DNA of 20,000 nucleotides, taken from positions 56,615 through 76,614 of IMG/VR virus record IMGVR_UViG_3300023184_000088; one strand, given 5' to 3'. Numbering within the stretch: the first letter of the stretch is position 1; each line of letters begins with the position of its first letter. The notes under the pieces are model-generated. The model worked only from the letters and a program-made list of their open reading frames with translations. It had not been told where the DNA came from and did not search any database. The position numbers and the translations under genes are program-made. Below are positions 10,365 through 16,946 of this stretch, piece after piece. The DNA is from an uncultured virus (IMG/VR IMGVR_UViG_3300023184_000088). Taxonomy: Duplodnaviria > Heunggongvirae > Uroviricota > Caudoviricetes.

Positions 10365-10476
10365 CTATGTAGAGTTAAATGGTATCCACACTTAGGCATC
10401 ACTCTAAGACCACCGTTCACCACCTGTAAGAGCCTAACGATAGATATTGTACTTGCTTACACTCAAATATCAGCTG

Positions 10477-10551
10477 TGTCCTCGACAGGCTTCGAACCTG
10501 TATATCTCTCGGTTATGAGCCGAGCGCCTTCACCAATTTAGCTACAAGGAC
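10477..10551 (-). tRNA. tRNA-Met(CAT) elongator, or Ile2
   Basis: GTCCTTG/CGAGGAC acceptor; CTCGG-CTCATAA-CCGAG; TTCGAAG T-loop. Confidence 0.9.
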
Positions 10552-10591
10552 AATTATGGGTTTTTAATGAACCCATAAAACATATGTCAAT

Positions 10592-10825
10592 CTATTGGTG
10601 GTGCTTAATGTACCTCCCAAATTTATCAACCCTCACAGAGAGTTTCTCCAATCTAAAGTTCCAATTATCGAACTTTCCTAAGCCAGATTTTACTCTCGCC
10701 TGTTTAACCGCAGATACTTCTGCCTTCTCACGTCCTTCTTCCGTAGTTTCTACGAAAAAAGTGGGAGCCTGAACACCAGTCTTACTGGTAGGGACTACTC
10801 TCCAAATTCTCAATTTCTGAGTCAT
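10592..10825 (-). CDS. Small hypothetical protein
   Basis: 77-aa ORF co-oriented with the tRNAs. Confidence 0.65.
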   Translation of the reverse strand: MTQKLRIWRVVPTSKTGVQAPTFFVETTEEGREKAEVSAVKQARVKSGLGKFDNWNFRLEKLSVRVDKFGRYIKHHQ

Positions 10826-10893
10826 AAATTTTAGCTAATAGCTAAAACTATGTGGAGTTGGGTTGGTTGTTTTTCATAATATTAAATTTTTTG

Positions 10894-10978
10894 TATCCGG
10901 AGAGGGACTTGAACCCTCAATCTCCTTTCGGAAAACTAGATTTTAAGTCTAGCGTGTATACCATTTCACCACCCAGAT
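10894..10978 (-). tRNA. tRNA-Leu(TAA)
   Basis: CTAGA-CTTAAAA-TCTAG; long variable arm; A73. Confidence 0.92.
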
Positions 10979-10988
10979 GTGTTCCCCC

Positions 10989-11189
10989 AATGAGATTAGT
11001 TTGGGGTAGATATTCACAGTTTTTCTATTCAAAACCCAACGCGTCTTACCGCTTAAAAGTCAACTATTACTTGGAGGTGAGTTAGTATGCTCCCCTTTTT
11101 TCCAAAGACCTCATCTGTAAAACCGTTTGAGGCGTCAGCCACATCATTATTTCGAACGATGCCAAATCATTGAGTATCTCTATCTCATT
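10989..11189 (-). ncRNA. Candidate ~200-nt multibranched ncRNA
   Basis: Terminal AATGAGAT/ATCTCATT pairing plus several internal hairpins; no credible ORF. Confidence 0.55.
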
Positions 11190-11191
11190 TG

Positions 11192-11282
11192 TTGTCAGAA
11201 CAGGAATCGAACCTGTGCTGGACCAGAGGCCACTCACTCACGTAAGACCCCCGACCGAATACTACCACTATATCATCTAACA
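11192..11282 (-). ncRNA. tRNA-like RNA lacking an anticodon loop
   Basis: Acceptor TGTTAGA/TCTGACA, D arm ATAT-AGTGGTA-GTAT, T arm ACAGG-TTCGATT-CCTGT; anticodon arm replaced by a long GUGA-capped helix. Confidence 0.75.
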
Positions 11283-11286
11283 ATTG

Positions 11287-11358
11287 AGCTTCCACGAGGA
11301 ATCGAACCCCGTTATCTTGTGTACAAAACAAGCTCATCACCATTTATGTTTTGGAAGC
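11287..11358 (-). tRNA. tRNA-Thr(TGT)
   Basis: GCTTCCA/TGGAAGC; CTTGT-TTTGTAC-ACAAG; A at position 8. Confidence 0.88.
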
Positions 11359-11569
11359 CTGTCGCAGAGTATTTTTTTTAAGTAGAAGTCAACTCTGTCT
11401 CTTAAACTACTAAAAGAAACTGTCCAAGGTCTATCCTGCTTTCGCTGTCCAGATTTTTCTCTGTTTCTTATAACATCATCACTTCGGCCACATTGGGAGA
11501 ACCGCAGTTCCCACGTTGTTTAAGGAGGTAGTTTGGCGGTGTATCACACCGAGTTATGATAATGTATTG

Positions 11570-11642
11570 TACCCCAGGAGGGATTCGAACCCTCAAAATC
11601 TTGTTCCTAAGACAAGCGTGTCTACCATTCCACCACCGGGGC
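11570..11642 (-). tRNA. tRNA-Leu(TAG), short variable loop
   Basis: GCCCCGG/CTGGGGT; CTTGT-CTTAGGA-ACAAG; 73 nt. Confidence 0.9.
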
Positions 11643-11703
11643 AATTGATGGGACTTTAACCCATCTGTTGACTATAACAAAAACATAAAAAAAGAAAAAT
11701 TAG

Positions 11704-11775
11704 TACCCCCACAGGGACTCGAACCCCGATACTATCCTTAGAAGGGATATGTCCTATCCATTGAACGATGGAGGT
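11704..11775 (-). tRNA. tRNA-Arg(TCT)
   Basis: TATCC-CTTCTAA-GGATA; A20 in the D-loop. Confidence 0.92.
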
Positions 11776-11779
11776 AATT

Positions 11780-11978
11780 AAAATAGTGTGACCAAATTTT
11801 TCACCATTGCGGTCTGAAGGAGTTGTGACTTCATCTCCACGTCCGTTATGGGTAATTACTCCCAGATGGATGACCGGTGCGCCGTTGTCTTTCATCATAC
11901 TTTTCACCTACCTATGTGTTAAAGGGTTCCGGCAGTGTCCCCGAAGGTTACTTCATATAATTACTTTTTCACTATTTT
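11780..11978 (-). ncRNA. Candidate ~200-nt multibranched ncRNA
   Basis: Terminal AAAATAGTG/CACTATTTT; fills the Gly-Arg spacer; several internal stems. Confidence 0.55.
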
Positions 11979-11980
11979 TG

Positions 11981-12054
11981 AGCAACATGCCGGTCTCGAA
12001 CCGGCCTTATTCCACATTGGAAGTGTGGTGCCATACCTACTAGGCGAATGTTGC
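11981..12054 (-). tRNA. tRNA-Gly(TCC)
   Basis: GCAACAT/ATGTTGC; CCACA-CTTCCAA-TGTGG; U73. Confidence 0.93.
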
Positions 12055-12187
12055 AGTTTAGATGAACTTCGGACTTGTGTACCGAAATGAGACCCAATAA
12101 TTAAATCACTAACCCTAGGTGTGGTCTATTCATCTATTTTTTTAAACTTATACCTTTAAAATAAATTTTAATTTTAAGCTTATAAGC

Positions 12188-12361
12188 TTAAACTTTAGTT
12201 TTAAGGATGTTAATCTCCTTCTCGATTCTTTTCTTATCAAAATCGGTTAAAGGGATTTTAGTACTCATAGTACCTTTTTCGGTTTTTACACCATTTTTTA
12301 ATTGTTTCTCCAACATATCAAGAACTCTTTGTTGTCTTGACCTTTTTGCTACTGTAGCCAT
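12188..12361 (-). CDS. Small basic hypothetical protein (57 aa, MATVAKRSRQQRVLDMLEKQLKNG...)
   Basis: Hand-translated ORF below the ORF-track cutoff; protein-like composition. Confidence 0.6.
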   Translation of the reverse strand: MATVAKRSRQQRVLDMLEKQLKNGVKTEKGTMSTKIPLTDFDKKRIEKEINILKTKV

Positions 12362-12383
12362 ACGGATTTAGTTATTAAATTAG

Positions 12384-12456
12384 TAGCGTAGGGCAGGTAA
12401 CGCTCCTGCTTTGGTCGGCTTATGAGACCGATGAGATACTATACCTCCCCCTCGCG
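12384..12456 (-). tRNA. Initiator-like tRNA-Met(CAT), atypical
   Basis: 5' CGCG with C1 mismatch; TCGGT-CTCATAA-GCCGA; T-loop AGCGTTA; bulged A in the acceptor stem. Confidence 0.75.
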
Positions 12457-12468
12457 ATGTATTATTTT

Positions 12469-12558
12469 TGGCGGTCTACGTGGGAGTCGAACCCACTTTT
12501 TCGTTTACCTACTTACTACCGTGACAGGGTAGCGCAACAGCCGTTATGCGCGTAGACC
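12469..12558 (-). tRNA. tRNA-Asp(GTC) with 19-nt variable region and encoded CCA
   Basis: GGTCTAC/GTAGACC-GCCA; CTACC-CTGTCAC-GGTAG. Confidence 0.85.
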
Positions 12559-12661
12559 AAAATTTTCAATTCAAAGGTGACAATCCTATAACAATTGAAA
12601 GAGAAAGAACCGTGTTTCCCGGGTAGTGACTTCCCGTATCCTGTCTTCCTGTTTTGTTTTA

Positions 12662-12692
12662 CAAAGATAGTTATTAAATCTTTAATAACCAA
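12662..12692 (-). promoter_or_regulatory. Bacteroidota-type promoter
   Basis: TATCTTTG (-7) with TTG about 20 nt upstream. Confidence 0.6.
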
Positions 12693-12698
12693 TTTTTT

Positions 12699-13304
12699 TC
12701 ACACCATTTTATTAAGTGTTGGTAAATACCATTTAAATTTCACCGCCATTACTCTAACTGATATAATCACTAATGAAGTGGTTAGATATAACACATCTGA
12801 GTTTAGGTTAAATTTCCTAAGTATGAAGAACACAATCCCCCCCAATATACAAATGGTTGCATATATTTCTTTTTTAAATATAACCGGTATTTCAGCACAT
12901 AGAATATCTCTAATCACACCACCAAAACAAGCGGTCATTGTACCTAATGCGATACATATAATGGGATGTAGACCAATGTTTATTCCTTTTTCTAATCCAA
13001 TCAATGTGAATACACCTAAACCGATTGTATCGAATATAAACAGATATATTTTAAACTTCTCTATCAGTTGTTTGAATAGTAATGTTAATATAAATCCTGT
13101 TATTATTATAAAGATATAATCTATATTGACCATCCATCCTACCGGTGTTCTTCCAATCATTACATCTCTCAGTGTTCCACCACCTAATGCGGTTACGAAT
13201 GTAATTATAAACACTCCGAATAAGTCCATTTTTTTATCTATGGATACTAAAGCTCCGGATATAGCAAATGCCAGTGTCCCTATTAGGTCTAATAAATTAA
13301 ACAT
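12699..13304 (-). CDS. Trimeric intracellular cation channel (TRIC)/UPF0126 YadS-like membrane protein
   Basis: GTLAFAISG, TALGGGTLRD, DTIGLGVF, TACFGGVIRDIL duplicated motifs. Confidence 0.9.
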   Translation of the reverse strand: MFNLLDLIGTLAFAISGALVSIDKKMDLFGVFIITFVTALGGGTLRDVMIGRTPVGWMVNIDYIFIIITGFILTLLFKQLIEKFKIYLFIFDTIGLGVFTLIGLEKGINIGLHPIICIALGTMTACFGGVIRDILCAEIPVIFKKEIYATICILGGIVFFILRKFNLNSDVLYLTTSLVIISVRVMAVKFKWYLPTLNKMV

Positions 13305-13351
13305 TAATCATTTATTTTAAATTAATTGGTCTTAACAATAGACCTTTTTTG

Positions 13352-13423
13352 TGGAGATATAGGGAGTTGAACCCTAATTTACGATTTGCAAAACCATTGT
13401 AATAGCCGTTATACTATATCCCC
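13352..13423 (-). tRNA. tRNA-Ala(TGC)
   Basis: GGGGATA/TATCTCC with G3-U70; ATGGT-TTTGCAA-ATCGT. Confidence 0.92.
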
Positions 13424-13608
13424 AATTTTGGATAGATGAGGTTCTATCCGGACCATGACCTTCTCCCTTGGGAGATGTCTGTTAAAATTATAGATTAAGG
13501 TATTGTACCAACACCAGCGGAATCGAACCGTTATGGTTGCCGGGAATCGAACCCGACATTCACTTAATCTTTCCCCAACCGCGGGAAAGAATTTCTTCAT
13601 AATTTTAG

Positions 13609-13680
13609 TACTGCCACGGAGAATCGAACTCCGATTTTATGGATGAAAACCATAGGTCCTGACCGTTAGACGATGGCAGC
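13609..13680 (-). tRNA. tRNA-Glu(TTC)
   Basis: TATGG-TTTTCAT-CCATA; canonical T arm. Confidence 0.92.
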
Positions 13681-13726
13681 GTCTGTATTACCAATATGTC
13701 AATTAACTTGTTATTTTTTGATGTTA

Positions 13727-13757
13727 CAAAGATAATACTTTATTTCATTCCACCAAA
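13727..13757 (-). promoter_or_regulatory. Bacteroidota primary-sigma promoter
   Basis: TTTG-N19-TATCTTTG upstream of tRNA-Glu. Confidence 0.8.
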
Positions 13758-13759
13758 AT

Positions 13760-13897
13760 TTATTCTTCAATAATATTATTTAGAACCAAATTTAATGCGT
13801 GGTCTTCATCCCACTCTGATTCATCAACAACATTTTTTAATCCGTAGGTTACTCCCAATATCGGTGAGTAATCCATAACCAATTCTTCTCTAATCAT
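13760..13897 (-). CDS. Small acidic hypothetical protein (45 aa)
   Basis: MIREELVMDYSPILG... hand-translated, in an operon with its neighbours. Confidence 0.5.
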   Translation of the reverse strand: MIREELVMDYSPILGVTYGLKNVVDESEWDEDHALNLVLNNIIEE

Positions 13898-13905
13898 AAT
13901 AGTTA

Positions 13906-14016
13906 TTATTTTTTTGTTATTTTATCAACATAATGTTTACCGATAACAATTAAAACTACTAAACCAATAAACATTAAACCAACGATAATCCCCAATTGTT
14001 CTTCTGTGTATCCCAT
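13906..14016 (-). CDS. Small single-TM protein (36 aa)
   Basis: MGYTEEQLGIIVGLMFIGLVVLIVIGKHY. Confidence 0.55.
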   Translation of the reverse strand: MGYTEEQLGIIVGLMFIGLVVLIVIGKHYVDKITKK

Positions 14017-14020
14017 GTCT

Positions 14021-14263
14021 TTAATTTGTTTTTTTCCAATTATTAGTATTATAAATGCAAAATTCTGAACCCACTTGGGCGTTTCTCCAATCATTCGGAT
14101 ATAGATAAAACAATTTATCATCACCGGTACATTCATTTCTAATTACAACAGAATAATCTCGTACTCTATTACTAATTACTAAACCACAATTACAACTCAC
14201 ATACTCATCGACAGAACAAGATAAGATTAGTGGGATGGACATAATTAAAATCAATTTTTTCAT
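14021..14263 (-). CDS. Small Cys-rich lipoprotein
   Basis: MKK + hydrophobic stretch + LSC lipobox. Confidence 0.7.
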   Translation of the reverse strand: MKKLILIMSIPLILSCSVDEYVSCNCGLVISNRVRDYSVVIRNECTGDDKLFYLYPNDWRNAQVGSEFCIYNTNNWKKTN

Positions 14264-14283
14264 AATTTATTTCTTTTAAACTT

Positions 14284-14469
14284 CTAATTCCAATCTTCAT
14301 ATTCTATACTACCATCATCATCCCAAGCGTCTTCCTCTTCATCTTCATCCTTTAATCCACACTCACCTCTAAAATCTAAGTAAGGTATCATATCATCTTC
14401 GTGAGCATTCTTTTGATGTTTCACCCAAGATTCTCTACATTTTTCTTCTGTCATGATTTCTTGTTTCAT
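14284..14469 (-). CDS. Small acidic hypothetical protein
   Basis: Start MKQEI downstream of the promoter at 14487. Confidence 0.6.
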   Translation of the reverse strand: MKQEIMTEEKCRESWVKHQKNAHEDDMIPYLDFRGECGLKDEDEEEDAWDDDGSIEYEDWN

Positions 14470-14486
14470 AATCCTTTTATTTTTGA

Positions 14487-14517
14487 CAAAGATACGACTT
14501 AATTTCATTCTGCCAAA
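14487..14517 (-). promoter_or_regulatory. Bacteroidota primary-sigma promoter
   Basis: TTTG-N19-TATCTTTG. Confidence 0.8.
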
Positions 14518-14526
14518 TATAAACCA

Positions 14527-14559
14527 AAAAAAAATCCACCTTTTTTGAAGATGGATTTT
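14527..14559 (-). terminator. Rho-independent terminator
   Basis: Minus strand AAAATCCATCTT-CAAA-AAAGGTGGATTTTTTTT. Confidence 0.7.
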
Positions 14560-14790
14560 AGAATATTTTTTTACTTAAATATATATCATACCATCACTGT
14601 CTCAGTTGTATCTCTACCCTCAGTTCCCGCTATCGTAAGTAATATGTTTAAAGTTTGCATTTTTTGTGTTATTGTGATTTCTAATAAATATACGACATTT
14701 TGTGAAAGTGTCAAGTGGTTTTAAAATTATTTTTTTAATTCATCTCAATTTCAAGATATTTATAGTAAATAAACTTTTAAAAATTCAATT

Positions 14791-14961
14791 ATGAATCAAG
14801 AACAAATTTTTGGTGTTATTCGCCACGTATTCACTGCCGTTGGTGGTATTGTCATTGCACAAGGTTATATATCTGACGGTATGTACACTGAATTATCAGG
14901 AGCGGTATTAACATTAGTTGGTGTAATTTGGTCAATTGTTGCTAAAAAACCTACAGTATAA
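14791..14961 (+). CDS. Small two-TM membrane protein, putative holin (56 aa)
   Basis: MNQEQIFGVIRHVFTAVGGIVIAQG...GAVLTLVGVIWSIVAKK; has its own terminator. Confidence 0.7.
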   Translation: MNQEQIFGVIRHVFTAVGGIVIAQGYISDGMYTELSGAVLTLVGVIWSIVAKKPTV

Positions 14962-14968
14962 TAAACTG

Positions 14969-14999
14969 AAAAAGGTTAGAGAAATCTAACCTTTTTTTT
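14969..14999. terminator. Bidirectional terminator
   Basis: aaaaaggttaga-gaaa-tctaaccttttttt. Confidence 0.8.
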
Positions 15000-15018
15000 A
15001 TGCCTATAAGTTAAATAA

Positions 15019-15233
15019 AAAAAGTTTAACAACCCCGCCCTCGGGTCGTAGCGGGCAACTTGAGAATCACTTCTCGTGGGAATTCCGGAATTGGTTGTGT
15101 TCCTCACCGGCGTACTAGTCCTTATCTATCCTTTACCGTATTTCTACGGTGCTACTATTGGGAGGTCACCCCTATCAACACAACTAGTCCATTAGTTTTT
15201 TAGAGTATGGACACCCCGGTTGTTAAACTTTTT
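15019..15233 (-). ncRNA. Candidate 215-nt multibranched ncRNA
   Basis: Perfect 16-bp terminal stem AAAAAGTTTAACAACC/GGTTGTTAAACTTTTT enclosing at least five GC-richer stems; strand inferred from context. Confidence 0.6.
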
Positions 15234-15432
15234 AATTTAATATTCTCTTACATAACGGCGATAATCGCCGGTATTTAATATTTTTGTAAAACAACAGACG
15301 GCTTTGAAGTACATCCACACCAACAATTATGACCGACTTCACCTTATGTGGAAGTTTAGTTTTACAATATCTATAAAGATTTACCCCAGCCTTTAGGTCG
15401 CTATTAATACCTTTAATCCTTATTCTCAAATT

Positions 15433-15497
15433 AATTAATACAGGAATCGAACCTGCGTCTGGGCCGTCACCCCGTAGTACCACTCTACTAATTTTTC
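15433..15497 (-). pseudogene. Truncated tRNA-like element (possibly Val(GAC)-derived)
   Basis: Intact D arm GTAG-AGTGGTA-CTAC and T arm GCAGG-TTCGATT-CCTGT; 3-bp anticodon stem; weak acceptor. Confidence 0.55.
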
Positions 15498-15562
15498 ATT
15501 TTACCTTCCGGAGATAACTTTCGTCTGTCACCTTATTCAACCTTATATGAATAAATCTTTTG

Positions 15563-15631
15563 CACGCCATCAAAGAATCGAACTCTGTCCTATGGGTTTG
15601 GAATCCATTTGGCTACCTTAGCCTATGACGC
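15563..15631 (-). tRNA. tRNA-Trp(CCA), short D-loop
   Basis: GCGTCAT/ATGGCGT-G73; ATGGA-TTCCAAA-CCCAT. Confidence 0.82.
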
Positions 15632-15641
15632 ATTTTTATTG

Positions 15642-15724
15642 AGTTCAGGGTCGGATTCGAACCGACGAGGACTTTCGTCATTGGTTTTGCAGACCAATCT
15701 AATCAACCACTCTAGCACCTGAAC
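15642..15724 (-). tRNA. tRNA-Cys(GCA) with long variable arm
   Basis: GTTCAGG/CCTGAAC-U73; TTGGT-CTGCAAA-ACCAA; variable arm GAC-GAAA-GTC. Confidence 0.88.
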
Positions 15725-15785
15725 ATTTAAAGTAAAATATAATTTACAAATACACCCATTTTTGTAAATTATATTTAATGTTAAT

Positions 15786-16031
15786 TTAATATCCTATTTC
15801 ATCTTTAACCTCCCATTGTTTATCAATGGGAATTCTTTCAATCTTTTCCACCGGAACAAATCCGTCAAATCCTTTGTCTTTAACATCTTCAAAATGTTCT
15901 ATGGTGTCCAAGTAAAATCCAAATTGATATCTAACGTATTGGAACTTCTCTCCGTCCCAATAAGCGACGTGGTTGTTTCTACAAAAACCATTATACCACC
16001 CCTCAACCATTTCATTTTTTGGTATCATCAT
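15786..16031 (-). CDS. Hypothetical protein
   Basis: 81-aa ORF; GWYNGFCRN...AYWDG. Confidence 0.7.
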   Translation of the reverse strand: MMIPKNEMVEGWYNGFCRNNHVAYWDGEKFQYVRYQFGFYLDTIEHFEDVKDKGFDGFVPVEKIERIPIDKQWEVKDEIGY

Positions 16032-16155
16032 TTCTATTTTTATATTAGCACCCTCTTTCTTATTATCAGGTATACGTCTGATTTCATTTCTCTTTCACTG
16101 AATATGTAAGAGTAGGGTCACGTAGTTACTGGATGAACCCAAATAACTTACTTGC

Positions 16156-16233
16156 TGAGAACTCATTTGTGTTGATAGAGGCGTTCTCTATACGTTTAAT
16201 TTACCTTTTCCCCTCTCACCGGGAACAACACAT
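16156..16233 (-). ncRNA. Repeated structured RNA, copy 1
   Basis: 46-nt core identical to 19141-19186; three-way junction plus pseudoknot. Confidence 0.6.
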
Positions 16234-16407
16234 CCAGCCATTACTGACAGGTATCTTTATGTAAATTTAATTATGGTAAGCAGGGCGCCTGGTATTATCT
16301 TCTAGAAGACAGGGACAAACTTATACTCTTACCTTTTGGACTATGCCTAGCCACTTTCCCATTTCATTTATAATTAATTTACAAAGGTTCGATGTTCAGC
16401 CTATTTT

Positions 16408-16593
16408 TTACAAAGATACAATTACATTTCTACTTTTAAGAATTTTTCTCAAAAAAACTAATCTTTTTCTATGATTAGTGTACTCATCAGCATCATTGGC
16501 TTTGTGACCTCTAAATATTGATTCGGTTACCTCACATTCAAGTTTAATAATTTCGGTTATTATCTCCTCCGTGGTTAGATTACTTTTTTTCAT
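16408..16593 (-). CDS. Hypothetical protein
   Basis: 61-aa ORF with ATGA overlap. Confidence 0.55.
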   Translation of the reverse strand: MKKSNLTTEEIITEIIKLECEVTESIFRGHKANDADEYTNHRKRLVFLRKILKSRNVIVSL

Positions 16594-16913
16594 ATCTTCT
16601 CAAATTCGTCTTCAAATCCGTACCACTCATCACCATTTTCATCTTCGTACCAACATTTGTATTCTCGCTCGTACCGATTCCAATCAACTCTGATTAATTC
16701 AACTTCATCTCCACCATCTTTGTTTTTAACCACTTCACCCACTTGGAATGCTTGTGGAGCATAATTATCAATTGTTTTACTTTGAACAATTAAATCCCCA
16801 ACACTTTTAACCTCATCGGTTTGGATGTTGGTGTATTTTCCACCGGATGATAATTTCCACCCATTACTATACAACCAAATTGTAAAATCTAAAATCTCTT
16901 TTTCTAATAACAT
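16590..16913 (-). CDS. Hypothetical protein
   Basis: 107-aa ORF; C-terminal FQVGEVV...YKCWY small beta-barrel-like pattern. Confidence 0.7.
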   Translation of the reverse strand: MLLEKEILDFTIWLYSNGWKLSSGGKYTNIQTDEVKSVGDLIVQSKTIDNYAPQAFQVGEVVKNKDGGDEVELIRVDWNRYEREYKCWYEDENGDEWYGFEDEFEKI

Positions 16914-16946
16914 AATACATCAGTTTTTGTGAGGACAAAGATAATA

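Noticed and set aside
10830..10877. 15-codon ORF MKKQPTQLHIVLAIS upstream of the 77-aa gene
   Set aside because: Too short to support, and not in frame for read-through into the next gene
10852..12043. ORF-track ORFs 10852..11085, 11127..11381, 11656..11907 and 11807..12043
   Set aside because: They overlap tRNA or structured RNA genes and have no protein-like features; likely spurious
1831..16109. Antisense or alternate-frame ORFs (e.g. 1953..2243, 3295..3540, 8283..8654, 12595..13119, 15816..16109)
   Set aside because: They are nested in better-supported genes
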